Below are positions 16,923 to 25,138 of a stretch of DNA of 55,193 nucleotides, in pieces. Numbering within the stretch: position 1 is the first letter of the stretch; the number at the start of each line of letters is the position of its first letter. The translations under genes were made by a program, and so were the position numbers. The stretch is from Deltaproteobacteria bacterium UBA5754. GTDB taxonomy: Bacteria; Desulfobacterota; Dissulfuribacteria; Dissulfuribacterales; UBA5754. Under the pieces are notes generated by a model. It saw only the letters and a list, made by a program, of their open reading frames with translations. It did no database searches and was not told where the DNA came from. Where the stretch lies: positions 56,928 to 112,120 of the forward strand of contig DIFG01000005.1 of NCBI GenBank assembly GCA_002419025.1, in the 5' to 3' direction.

Positions 16923-18044
16923 TTGGGCAGCGGGAAGACCGTGAACAAAATGGTCTCTGCCTCGAATCTGCATGATCTGGTCGAATCGTCCATTCAGGAG
17001 GGAATTTTCCCGGGCTGCTCCCTCGTCGTGTCGGAAGGTCCGGGCAAGAGGAGGATTGAGAGGTCCTGGGGGAGGCTCACATACGCCCCGTGGTCGCCGG
17101 AGGTGACACCTGGGACGATCTTTGATCTCGCATCCCTCACCAAGCCCCTTGCGGTCGCCGTTCCCTTGGCCGTTCTCGCAGCCAACGGGGTGATCGGTCT
17201 TGATACCCGTATTTCCCATGTCATCCCCAAGTCGCAAGACGTGAGCGCTGGGCGGTTGACCCTTAGAAGGCTCCTCTGCCACACCGGAGGCCTTGCCCCT
17301 TTGAGGCCTCTTTATGAAAGGCTCGAGACCCTCCCGCCCGAGGCCAGAAGAGAGGCCCTCCTCGCCATGCTTCTTGAGGAGGAGGCGGATCCGTCCTGCC
17401 GGGTGGCGTCCTATTCGGACCTGGGGTATCTCCTTCTCGGTTTTGTTATCGAAGAGGTCACAGGCCTGAGTCTCGACGCTGCCGCGCGGGACCTGGTCTT
17501 TTCTCCCTTTGGGGCCCCTGATCTCTCTTTCGGTCCCATGAACGGGCTTTCTATGGAAGGGGTGGCCCCGGCTGGTTTCTGCCCGCGTAAGAAAAGGGTC
17601 ATCTGGGGTGAGGTCCACGACCCGAACGCCCGGGCAGCAGGAGGAGTCGCCGGCCACGCCGGGCTCTTCGGGAGCGCCCAGGCCGTAGCCTCGGTCCTCG
17701 AATCGCTCCTTGCCATATTCCAGGGCAGCATGGAAATAAGCGGACTCTCTCGAGGGGTCCTTGCGGAGTTCTTCCGCCGCCAGGGACTGGATCCCGCTTC
17801 CACGTGGGCCCTCGGGTTCGATACGCCGTCCTCAAGCGGGTCTTCGGCCGGAAGGATGTTCGCGCCAGAGAGCGTGGGTCACCTGGGATATACAGGGACA
17901 TCCTTCTGGATGGATCTTGCAGCCGGGATCATCGTGGTTTTTCTGTCAAATCGCACCTTTCCCCACGATACCGAAAGGTCGAGGCTTGCCATGAAGGCAT
18001 TTCGTCCCTGTCTTCATGACCTGGCACGAGCGGAATTGGCCTGA
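16923..18044 (+). CDS. Beta-lactamase-fold serine hydrolase
   Basis: Motifs IFDLASLTKPLAV (SxxK), YSDLGYLLLG and HLGYTGTSFWMD. The start is either TTG at 16923 or ATG at 16950. Confidence 0.8.
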   Translation: MGSGKTVNKMVSASNLHDLVESSIQEGIFPGCSLVVSEGPGKRRIERSWGRLTYAPWSPEVTPGTIFDLASLTKPLAVAVPLAVLAANGVIGLDTRISHVIPKSQDVSAGRLTLRRLLCHTGGLAPLRPLYERLETLPPEARREALLAMLLEEEADPSCRVASYSDLGYLLLGFVIEEVTGLSLDAAARDLVFSPFGAPDLSFGPMNGLSMEGVAPAGFCPRKKRVIWGEVHDPNARAAGGVAGHAGLFGSAQAVASVLESLLAIFQGSMEISGLSRGVLAEFFRRQGLDPASTWALGFDTPSSSGSSAGRMFAPESVGHLGYTGTSFWMDLAAGIIVVFLSNRTFPHDTERSRLAMKAFRPCLHDLARAELA

Positions 18045-19567
18045 TGGACCCTGTGTTTGCCCAAAACCTCACCGAGGAGATACGCCGCAGGGCGGGAGAG
18101 ACATTTTTCATCGCAGGCGGTCCGGTCCGGGACCTATTTCTCGGGCGGGTCCCCCCTGACATCGATCTCGTCTTTCCTGCCGGGGCCGTTTCAAAGGCCA
18201 GGGATTTCTCTGCCCGGACTGGAGGAAGTTTCGTCCTCCTTGACGAGGACGAAGGGGTGGCGCGCGTGGTCCTTCCCGGACTCATCCTCGATTTCAGCCA
18301 GTACCGCTCAGGGGCAAGGACCCTTGTGGAGGACCTTGCCAAGCGGGATTTCACTATCAACGCCATGGCCCTTCCAGGGTCCTACCTGCCGACTTTTCTG
18401 TCGTCTTGCGACCCCTGCGCGGCTGAACAGGAGGACAAGGCCAGAGGCGGGCATATCCCCATAATGAGGCGCATATCCCGGCCGCCGGCCCAGGACCTGA
18501 TCGACCCTTTCGCCGGCCTTCAAGACCTTGATGCCGGCCTGATACGAGCGATTTCCCGCGGAAATCTCGAGGCCGATCCATTGAGGCTCCTTCGTGCATA
18601 CAGGTTCCGCGCACAGCTCGATTTTCGCATCTCTTCAGAGACAGAGGCCTGGATCAGGGAACTCGGTCCTGCCGTGTCCAGGGTCTCGACAGAGCGGATC
18701 ACCCACGAACTGGATCTCATACTCGAGTCGAAAAGGGGAGGCCTGACATTTTCCGAGATGGCGGAAACTTCCCTCCTTTTTGCCGTTCTTCCCGAGCTTG
18801 CCGGGCTCTCTGGCGTGGAGCAGCCCCTTTTCCACCACCTCGACGTCCTGGGGCACAGCCTCGAGGCCCTTTCCTCCGTTGAGGTCCTTATGGGGGATCC
18901 GGCAGTCAGGTTCAGCCTTACGGCGCCACTTCGGGAGTGGTACGCCCAAAGCCCGTCCCGGCGCATCGCCCTTTCATGGGCAGCCCTACTTCACGATATG
19001 GCAAAGCCCGCATGCCGAGTGGAAAAGGAGGGGCGGCCCACGTTTTATCACCACGACCGGACCGGGGCCGAGATGGTGGAGAGACTGGGAGGGAGGCTCC
19101 GCTGGTCGATGCGGCGTATCAGGACCGTCTCGCGCCTGGTATCTCTTCACATGCGGCCCTTCCATCTACTTAATGACCTCCGGCGTGGCGGGCCGTCGAA
19201 GAGGGCCATGAGGAGGCTCCTCGTAGAGGCGGGGGAGGACTTTCCGGCCCTTTTCCTCCTTGCCATGGCGGACAGCATGGCGGGGTGCGGACCGCTCAAG
19301 CCCCCTGAACTCGACGAGGAACTGGACGCCCTCTGGGTCCGGGTGCACCGGTTCTATGCGGATCATTTCCTTCCGGTCTCGCAAAAGGGGAAGCTTCTCA
19401 CAGGTCATGACATCCAGAAGATCCTGGGGCTTGCCCCAGGGCCGCTCGTGGGCAAGGCCCTCGAGGCCATTGAAGACGCCAGGGCAGATGGCCTGGTCTC
19501 GGACCGTGAGGGGGCTGTAAGGTATCTTGTAGAGTGGTACGGCGGGGAGCGGGGAAAAGGGGAGTGA
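18044..19567 (+). CDS. cca: CCA-adding tRNA nucleotidyltransferase / poly(A) polymerase family protein with HD domain
   Basis: Motifs FIAGGPVRDLFLGRVPPDIDLVF, HHLDVLGHS and LLHDMAKP. The start overlaps the upstream stop by 1 nt (TGATG). Confidence 0.85.
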   Translation: MDPVFAQNLTEEIRRRAGETFFIAGGPVRDLFLGRVPPDIDLVFPAGAVSKARDFSARTGGSFVLLDEDEGVARVVLPGLILDFSQYRSGARTLVEDLAKRDFTINAMALPGSYLPTFLSSCDPCAAEQEDKARGGHIPIMRRISRPPAQDLIDPFAGLQDLDAGLIRAISRGNLEADPLRLLRAYRFRAQLDFRISSETEAWIRELGPAVSRVSTERITHELDLILESKRGGLTFSEMAETSLLFAVLPELAGLSGVEQPLFHHLDVLGHSLEALSSVEVLMGDPAVRFSLTAPLREWYAQSPSRRIALSWAALLHDMAKPACRVEKEGRPTFYHHDRTGAEMVERLGGRLRWSMRRIRTVSRLVSLHMRPFHLLNDLRRGGPSKRAMRRLLVEAGEDFPALFLLAMADSMAGCGPLKPPELDEELDALWVRVHRFYADHFLPVSQKGKLLTGHDIQKILGLAPGPLVGKALEAIEDARADGLVSDREGAVRYLVEWYGGERGKGE

Positions 19568-20466
19568 AGGCGGGCCAATCCCCATTCCTGACGCTGAATG
19601 CCCACCTTCGGAAGGTCTTTGGGGAGCGGGTCCAGAAGATCCCCCTTGATGCCGGATTCACCTGTCCGAACCGGGACGGGACAAAGGGCCGCTCGGGCTG
19701 CATCTATTGCGACCCCCGGGGCTCCGGGACCGGGGCCTGGGCCTTGGGGAAATCAGTCTCCGTCCAGATGGCGGAAGGCATGAAATGGGCGCGTCGTCGC
19801 TACTGCGCGAAGAGATTCATCGCCTATTTCCAGGCATTTTCCAACACGTATGCCCCCCTCCATGTCCTTGGGGAGCGGTACCGGGAGTCCCTCCTCGGGC
19901 CTGAGGTGGTGGGGCTTGCCATAGGGACCAGGCCGGACTGCGTGGACGAGGAGCGGCTCTCGCTCATTCGACAGGTGGCGGATGGCCGAATGATATGGAT
20001 GGAATACGGGCTGCAGAGCGCCTCTGACGAGACCTTGAGGAGGATCAACCGCGGGCACACCGTGGATGACTTCGTGAAGGCCGTGGAACTTACTCAAAAG
20101 CACGGGATCCCTGTGTGCACCCATGTGATGTTCGGGCTTCCCGGAGAGGGAGAGAGGGAAATGGAGCGGACCATGGGCCTCCTCGCAGATCTCGGGGTGG
20201 AGGGCGTGAAGTTCCATCAGGTCTATGTGGTGCCGGGGACCGTCCTTCACCGGCTTTATGAATCGGGAAGATATCAGCCCATTTCCCAAGAGGAATACGC
20301 GGGAATGGTTGCACGGGCCATTCGTATGCTGCCGGAGGGGACAGTGATCCATCGTCTCACCGGAGATCCTTCTACTGGGATCTCTGTCTCACCGGCCTGG
20401 TCTCGGGACAAACAGGGGACCATCGCGCGTATCGAGGCGGAGCTCGACCGTATGAAAGCCGCTTGA
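19564..20466 (+). CDS. TIGR01212-family (YhcC-like) radical SAM protein
   Basis: KIPLDAGFTCPNRDGTKGRSGCIYCD is the signature N-terminal cluster of this family. The GTG at 19564 overlaps the cca stop (GTGA) and follows AAAAGGGGA. Confidence 0.85.
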   Translation: MKAGQSPFLTLNAHLRKVFGERVQKIPLDAGFTCPNRDGTKGRSGCIYCDPRGSGTGAWALGKSVSVQMAEGMKWARRRYCAKRFIAYFQAFSNTYAPLHVLGERYRESLLGPEVVGLAIGTRPDCVDEERLSLIRQVADGRMIWMEYGLQSASDETLRRINRGHTVDDFVKAVELTQKHGIPVCTHVMFGLPGEGEREMERTMGLLADLGVEGVKFHQVYVVPGTVLHRLYESGRYQPISQEEYAGMVARAIRMLPEGTVIHRLTGDPSTGISVSPAWSRDKQGTIARIEAELDRMKAA

Positions 20467-20470
20467 GGGA

Positions 20471-20764
20471 TCAGCTGCGTGCCTTGCCGCTGACCCTGTC
20501 CCGAAGGATACCCGAGGCGTGGAAGGTGACGACCCTTCTCGGTTCGAGGATGAGGTCTTCGCCCGTGTGGGGATTGCGGCCCCTTCGGGCGCGTTTGGCC
20601 TTTACGGAGAATTTTCCAAAGCCGCTGATCAGGATGGAATCCCCGCTCTCGAGGCGTTTCTTCATGAGTTCGATGAGATCCTCGGTGACACGGATCGCGT
20701 CGTTTTTCCCGAGTCCTCCGTTTTGCGTGAGGTGATTGACAATGTATGCCTTGGTGATGGTCAT
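20471..20764 (-). CDS. ihfA: Integration host factor alpha-like DNA-bending protein (HU/IHF family)
   Basis: Contains ILISGFGKFSVKAKRARRGRNPHTGEDLILEPRRVVTFHAS. The ATG at 20764 overlaps the aroD stop (ATGA). The ORF-track start at 20896 lies inside aroD. Confidence 0.85.
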   Translation of the reverse strand: MTITKAYIVNHLTQNGGLGKNDAIRVTEDLIELMKKRLESGDSILISGFGKFSVKAKRARRGRNPHTGEDLILEPRRVVTFHASGILRDRVSGKARS

Positions 20765-21459
20765 GGGGCACCTTGCGATGAAGAAGAGAAATACTCCACG
20801 AATCCGCGGAGGTCTTCGGCAGGAATCTGGCCGGGAGCGGTCTCTGAGCCGGGAAAGGGTGCTGCGTAGGTGATGGGAGCGCCTGCGGCAAGGCACGCAA
20901 GCCTGCTCAGGCGGCCCCTTTCACCTATGGAGAAGGCTGTAAGGGCCAGGCCCAGTTCGTGTGCGGGTTCGTAAAGGGCGAAGATCCTGGCAACATCCCG
21001 GTTGTCCTGTGCGGTTGTGACGATCTTTCCCATGTCTGCGCCTTCCCCGGCCATCCTTTCAAGGATCGCCAGTAGGCGTTCCATGGGAGGGGTGCCGGAA
21101 AGGTCATGAAAGGAGAGGATGACGCGGGTTCCTTTTGCCTTTGCCTCATGGACTAGTGAGGCTCTGGTGGCGGGATCGGTCGCGAGCTCGATATCGACGT
21201 ATGCGCCTCCTGCCCGGACGGCCCGTATCAGGATCTCGATCCGCTCGTCTTCCGACCCTTTGAATCGGCCACCTTCCCATTCGGGGCGGTTGGTCCATAG
21301 GAGGGGGAGGGGACTTGCAGCGCTCAAGGGCTTCATGTCTGCCTCGCAATCCGAAAGGGCGTCCAGCCTGATCTCGGCCAGGTCTGCATACGGGGTGACC
21401 CTTTTGAGGATGGCCTCGATCCTTGAAAGATCCGGTTGGGCGATGGAGACACAGATCAC
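20761..21459 (-). CDS. aroD: Type I 3-dehydroquinate dehydratase
   Basis: Contains [17 protein letters not shown] and GKIVTTA (the catalytic His and Lys context). The GTG start overlaps the upstream stop. Confidence 0.85.
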   Translation of the reverse strand: MICVSIAQPDLSRIEAILKRVTPYADLAEIRLDALSDCEADMKPLSAASPLPLLWTNRPEWEGGRFKGSEDERIEILIRAVRAGGAYVDIELATDPATRASLVHEAKAKGTRVILSFHDLSGTPPMERLLAILERMAGEGADMGKIVTTAQDNRDVARIFALYEPAHELGLALTAFSIGERGRLSRLACLAAGAPITYAAPFPGSETAPGQIPAEDLRGFVEYFSSSSQGAP

Positions 21460-22064
21460 GTGAGGTGCGTTGGATCTATTTCCATGAGATAGGTGGTTAT
21501 TGCCCGGTCGTAAGCGCTTGTGAGGGCGAAGACCTTGCGGGCAAGGGTGAATCGGGTGGCAAGGGTGGTCTCGCCGCCGTTTGCCTTCATTTCCGCCAGG
21601 ACCTTTTCGTAGTCCGCCGGGTCCGCGATCACGGTGACATCCCGGAAATTTTTGGCGGATGCGCGCAGGAGCGTGGGCCCTCCTATGTCTATGTTCTCGA
21701 TGGCCTCTTCAAGGGTGACATCCTTGCGGGCCACGGTCTTTTCGAAGGCGTAGAGGTTTACAGCAACGAGATCGATCGGGACGATGCCGTTTTCCGCCAT
21801 CTGGGCCTGATGGGCAGGGTTGGACCGGATGTTGAGGATCCCTCCGTGGACCTTGGGATGGAGCGTCTTGACGCGACCGTCCATCATCTCTGGAAAACCG
21901 GTCAGATCTGAGACATCCCGAACAGGGATCCCTGCATCCCGGATGGTTCGGGCGGTCCCTCCCGTGGAGACGATCTCTACTCCCATGGAATGGAGCTCCT
22001 TGGCAAACTCCCTGACACCGGTCTTGTCCGTGAGGCTTATGAGGGCACGAGTGATCTTGGACAT
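21456..22064 (-). CDS. Stand-alone IMP cyclohydrolase (PurH N-terminal MGS-like domain only)
   Basis: [24 protein letters not shown]...[46 protein letters not shown] matches the PurH N-terminal domain. The ORF stops after 202 aa and aroD starts immediately. The RBS is GGAGGAAG. Confidence 0.85.
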   Translation of the reverse strand: MSKITRALISLTDKTGVREFAKELHSMGVEIVSTGGTARTIRDAGIPVRDVSDLTGFPEMMDGRVKTLHPKVHGGILNIRSNPAHQAQMAENGIVPIDLVAVNLYAFEKTVARKDVTLEEAIENIDIGGPTLLRASAKNFRDVTVIADPADYEKVLAEMKANGGETTLATRFTLARKVFALTSAYDRAITTYLMEIDPTHLT

Positions 22065-22084
22065 GGGCTTCCTCCATCCAATGC

Positions 22085-22161
22085 TGGTCGGGACGAGAGG
22101 ATTCGAACCTCCGACCCCAGCGTCCCGAACGCTGTGCTCTACCAGACTGAGCCACGTCCCG
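22085..22161 (-). tRNA. tRNA-Pro (anticodon CGG)
   Basis: Hand-folded 77-nt cloverleaf. The acceptor stem is CGGGACG/CGTCCCG, followed by A and CCA. The anticodon stem CAGCG/CGCTG closes a loop UUCGGGA. The T-loop is TTCGAAT. Confidence 0.9.
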
Positions 22162-22424
22162 ACCGGAAAGTCTTTTATATAGCCCAGTTATTCATGGGAT
22201 GTCAATCTCCTGAATCCGTGAGCCGGCGACTTGGGCATTTGTTCCGTGCGCCTGCCTGTCGGCAGACAGGGCGGATCGGCCCTGTGCATAACCTGTCTAT
22301 TATGGCTTGTGAGTTGGGAAGATCCTTCCTATTGGGGAGGAAATGCCTGCCTGCCAGCCTTTGGATTTCCGGCGAAAGTAGGGGGAAAATCCGATTCTGT
22401 CCGTATTTGCATTGGAGTAAAACT

Positions 22425-22440
22425 TGGCATTGGTTTTGCT
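22425..22440 (+). promoter_or_regulatory. Sigma-54 (RpoN) -24/-12 promoter upstream of fliK
   Basis: TGGCAT-tggtt-TTGCT matches the TGGCAC-N5-TTGCW consensus with correct spacing. It lies about 70 nt upstream of the first ATG of the fliK ORF. Confidence 0.6.
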
Positions 22441-22508
22441 AAATTTAACGCTTGACGAAGTTATTCTTCCTGATTTTCAAAAATCTGATTTCAAAAACGG
22501 ACACCTTG

Positions 22509-24398
22509 ATGGAAGCCTTTCCCATTGCAGACATGATCTTTCCGCAAAGAGCCCCATCTTCTGAAAGAGGCGGGTGTGCCGGAGGTGGAGTCTCTTCTGC
22601 GCAGGGCCTATTCTATGAGCTTCTGTACGTATCGGGGGTCGCACCAGACGCCTCCAGGGATGAAGAGGTTTTCGGAGACGGCTCCACAGGGGAAAAGCTT
22701 GCCAATTTAGGGATGCTGCAAACGCTAGTTACAACAGAGGACGGCTCCACAGGAGAAAAACAGGCCTTCTGTTTTTGCTGGGGTGACACTATGGGCGAGG
22801 ATGAAGAAATACCAGGTGGAGGAGGACATGAAAGGATAATCACGCACCAGAAGATTTTCGGAGAAGACGGACCAGGGACAGGCGACGAAACGGACAGGCT
22901 GGATTTAGAGTCCGTATCCGAGGTGGTGCCCGGGCTTCCAGGCGGTGTGGTTCCCCTTGTCCTGGATCCGGATGGGCCGGATAGTGCAACGGTCCGGATT
23001 TTTCCAGAGGGCACTTCCCCCTGCCTCAAGTCTCATGGAGTTGGTGTTACTGGAGGGAAGACCGGAGAGTTTCCCGTATTCTCCGTGCCTTTTGAGGTGT
23101 CAGCGGCTTTCAGCCCCCTTTCCGGCAGGGGCGTACCGGAAGGTCCCTTCCGTCTTAGTGCCCCGTCTGTCCTTGAGGTCTTCACCCCTGATGCAATGGA
23201 TGGCAGAGTCCCCCCTGCCGGCGCCTTTTCTGAGGAGCCGGCGCATTCCACCGCTCCGGGATCGGGTGTGGATGGGGAGGATGCATCCATTCATTCGCAT
23301 TCTTTTTTCCCCGGCAGGAATGTCTTGTTGGAACGAGAGAAGGTGTCCTGGTTTTCGGATTTGGACACGCCAGGCCGGAGACAGGAAGGCGCAGAGGTCG
23401 GACGGGTCCCTGTTGAGTCGGGATTAACGGACCGGGGCGCCTTCGATGCAGCGCATGCCCAGCGAATTTCTGCGCAGACATCCAGACTGGACAGCGATTC
23501 CTCGCTATTAGATGCAGCGCATGCCCAGCGAATTTCTGCGCAGACATCCAGACTGGACAGCGATTCCTCGCTTGAGGTTGTGGCCCTGACGGGGGAAGGT
23601 GAGAGGACTTTTTTCCCTAAATCCGAGGGGGTGTCGAGTCGGAGCGCAGACGGGAGATCCAGGTTTCAGGACATGGTGCCTGAGATATTCGAAGAAGAGG
23701 CGAACTCCCATGATCCCTTGAGGGCTCCCTCGGCAAAGGGCCTTTCAGGGGACAGGAAAGGAGACACTGGCGGTCTCGTCTCGTCCGGTGGCATGGCCCT
23801 GGATGCCGGAGAAATGCACCCAGACGAAAAGGTCCCGGTTCATGCAACGGGTTTTGGCAAGGTGCTGGCAGATGTAGATCAGACCGTGCATGGAATCGCC
23901 GGAGCAAGGGTGGTTGCCGCGGATGCCCGCGTGTCAGGCGTGCCGGATGCGGGCGCCTCGATCCATGGCCTGGACGGGGGCCGGATTCTTCGCTCCGCCG
24001 AGGAGACCATCGTCCATGCGTTTCATGTGGGGAGGAAGGATGCGATCCTCCATGTGGAGCCGCCGGACATGGGGAGGATCAGGATCCATATTTCCATGGC
24101 GGAATCCGGGATGGTGGACGTGCATCTTTCCGCTGAGCATCCCGAGGTCATGGCCGTTCTCAATTCCAATCTGGACGGTCTCAGGTCCCAGCTCGATGAG
24201 CGGGGGGTGCCGCTGGGCCGAATGGACGTTTCGGCAGGGGGTGATTCAGGTGGATTTGCGGGCAATGATCCCGGCTGGGACCAGGAGGATCAATGGCCCG
24301 GACCTCATTATTCGGGGGAGAAAGTTCGTGCCGGGCATGGTGAACAGGTCGGTTATGAGGGTGGTTTGAGGGGAGAAGGCCTTCATCTCGTTATCTGA
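22509..24398 (+). CDS. fliK: Flagellar hook-length control protein FliK-like
   Basis: The C-terminal Flg_hook-type domain reads ILHVEPPDMGRIRIHISMAESGMVDVHLSAEHPEVMAVLNSNLDGLRSQLDERGVPLGRMDV. The N-terminal two-thirds are low-complexity and repeat-containing. The start is uncertain (TTG 22452, ATG 22509 or ATG 22533) and no candidate has a clear SD. Confidence 0.75.
   Translation: MEAFPIADMIFPQRAPSSERGGCAGGGVSSAQGLFYELLYVSGVAPDASRDEEVFGDGSTGEKLANLGMLQTLVTTEDGSTGEKQAFCFCWGDTMGEDEEIPGGGGHERIITHQKIFGEDGPGTGDETDRLDLESVSEVVPGLPGGVVPLVLDPDGPDSATVRIFPEGTSPCLKSHGVGVTGGKTGEFPVFSVPFEVSAAFSPLSGRGVPEGPFRLSAPSVLEVFTPDAMDGRVPPAGAFSEEPAHSTAPGSGVDGEDASIHSHSFFPGRNVLLEREKVSWFSDLDTPGRRQEGAEVGRVPVESGLTDRGAFDAAHAQRISAQTSRLDSDSSLLDAAHAQRISAQTSRLDSDSSLEVVALTGEGERTFFPKSEGVSSRSADGRSRFQDMVPEIFEEEANSHDPLRAPSAKGLSGDRKGDTGGLVSSGGMALDAGEMHPDEKVPVHATGFGKVLADVDQTVHGIAGARVVAADARVSGVPDAGASIHGLDGGRILRSAEETIVHAFHVGRKDAILHVEPPDMGRIRIHISMAESGMVDVHLSAEHPEVMAVLNSNLDGLRSQLDERGVPLGRMDVSAGGDSGGFAGNDPGWDQEDQWPGPHYSGEKVRAGHGEQVGYEGGLRGEGLHLVI
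23445..23572 (+). repeat. Tandem duplication (66-bp period, 62-bp perfect core) inside fliK
   Basis: GATGCAGCGCATGCCCAGCGAATTTCTGCGCAGACATCCAGACTGGACAGCGATTCCTCGCT occurs at 23445-23506 and again at 23511-23572. It encodes DAAHAQRISAQTSRLDSDSSL twice. Confidence 0.9.
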
Positions 24399-24435
24399 TA
24401 CGCACGGCAGAGAAAAAACAGAGGAGAAATGTGAA

Positions 24436-25125
24436 ATGATAGACAGCGTCTCAGGAACGGCAACCGAAGGGGTACTGGACACAGCCAGCCCGCAGTTCGT
24501 GGACCCCGCCGAGAGGGGGACCCTCGACCGGGAGGACTTCATGAAGCTCTTCGTCACCCAGCTCCAGTACCAGGACCCCATGGCGCCCATGGAGAGCGCT
24601 GAGATGGCCTCCCAGATGGCGCAGTTCAATATGGTGGATCTCATGCACAAGAACACCGAGGCCATGGAGACGCTCGTCGCCGCCTATCAGGCCCAGTCCC
24701 GCCTCGGCTCCCTCTCCCTTCTTGGGCGCGAGATACAATACGAAGGAACGGGTATCCCCGTGGACGAATCAGGCCCCAGGCCCTTTTATCTCGAGGCAAA
24801 GACGCCGTCCGTCTCGACGACGGTTACGATCCTCGATGTGTCCGGGACAACGGTCAGGACCCTCGACATCGGGCCCTTGGGCGAAGGAAGACAATCCCTC
24901 GAGTGGGACGGGCTTGACGGTTCCGGGAATCCTGTCCCTGCTGGGACGTACACGGTCAGGATCGATGCCAGGGACGGGCTTGGGGAACCTGTCGAGGTCT
25001 CCTCATGGACAACGGGCACTGTTGAAGGGATCGCCTACACCGATGAGAACGAGCCTCTTCTCTCCATTGCAGGCGGACCGGAGATATCCATCTATGACAT
25101 CTGGAAGGTAAACGATACGGAATAA
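24436..25125 (+). CDS. flgD: Flagellar hook assembly/capping protein FlgD
   Basis: Contains FMKLFVTQLQYQDPMAPMESAEMASQMAQFNMV and a C-terminal FlgD Ig-like region. Confidence 0.9.
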   Translation: MIDSVSGTATEGVLDTASPQFVDPAERGTLDREDFMKLFVTQLQYQDPMAPMESAEMASQMAQFNMVDLMHKNTEAMETLVAAYQAQSRLGSLSLLGREIQYEGTGIPVDESGPRPFYLEAKTPSVSTTVTILDVSGTTVRTLDIGPLGEGRQSLEWDGLDGSGNPVPAGTYTVRIDARDGLGEPVEVSSWTTGTVEGIAYTDENEPLLSIAGGPEISIYDIWKVNDTE

Positions 25126-25138
25126 GACGGAGGAAGTT

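Noticed and set aside
21456-22064. Considered whether the short purH is a frameshifted pseudogene.
   Set aside because: aroD begins immediately at an overlapping GTGA and no AICARFT-like sequence follows in any frame. I therefore treat it as an intact stand-alone domain gene.
22231-22455. A 74-aa ORF in the tRNA-Pro/fliK spacer.
   Set aside because: It has no RBS and a Cys/Gly/Leu-rich implausible sequence. It also overlaps the sigma-54 promoter.
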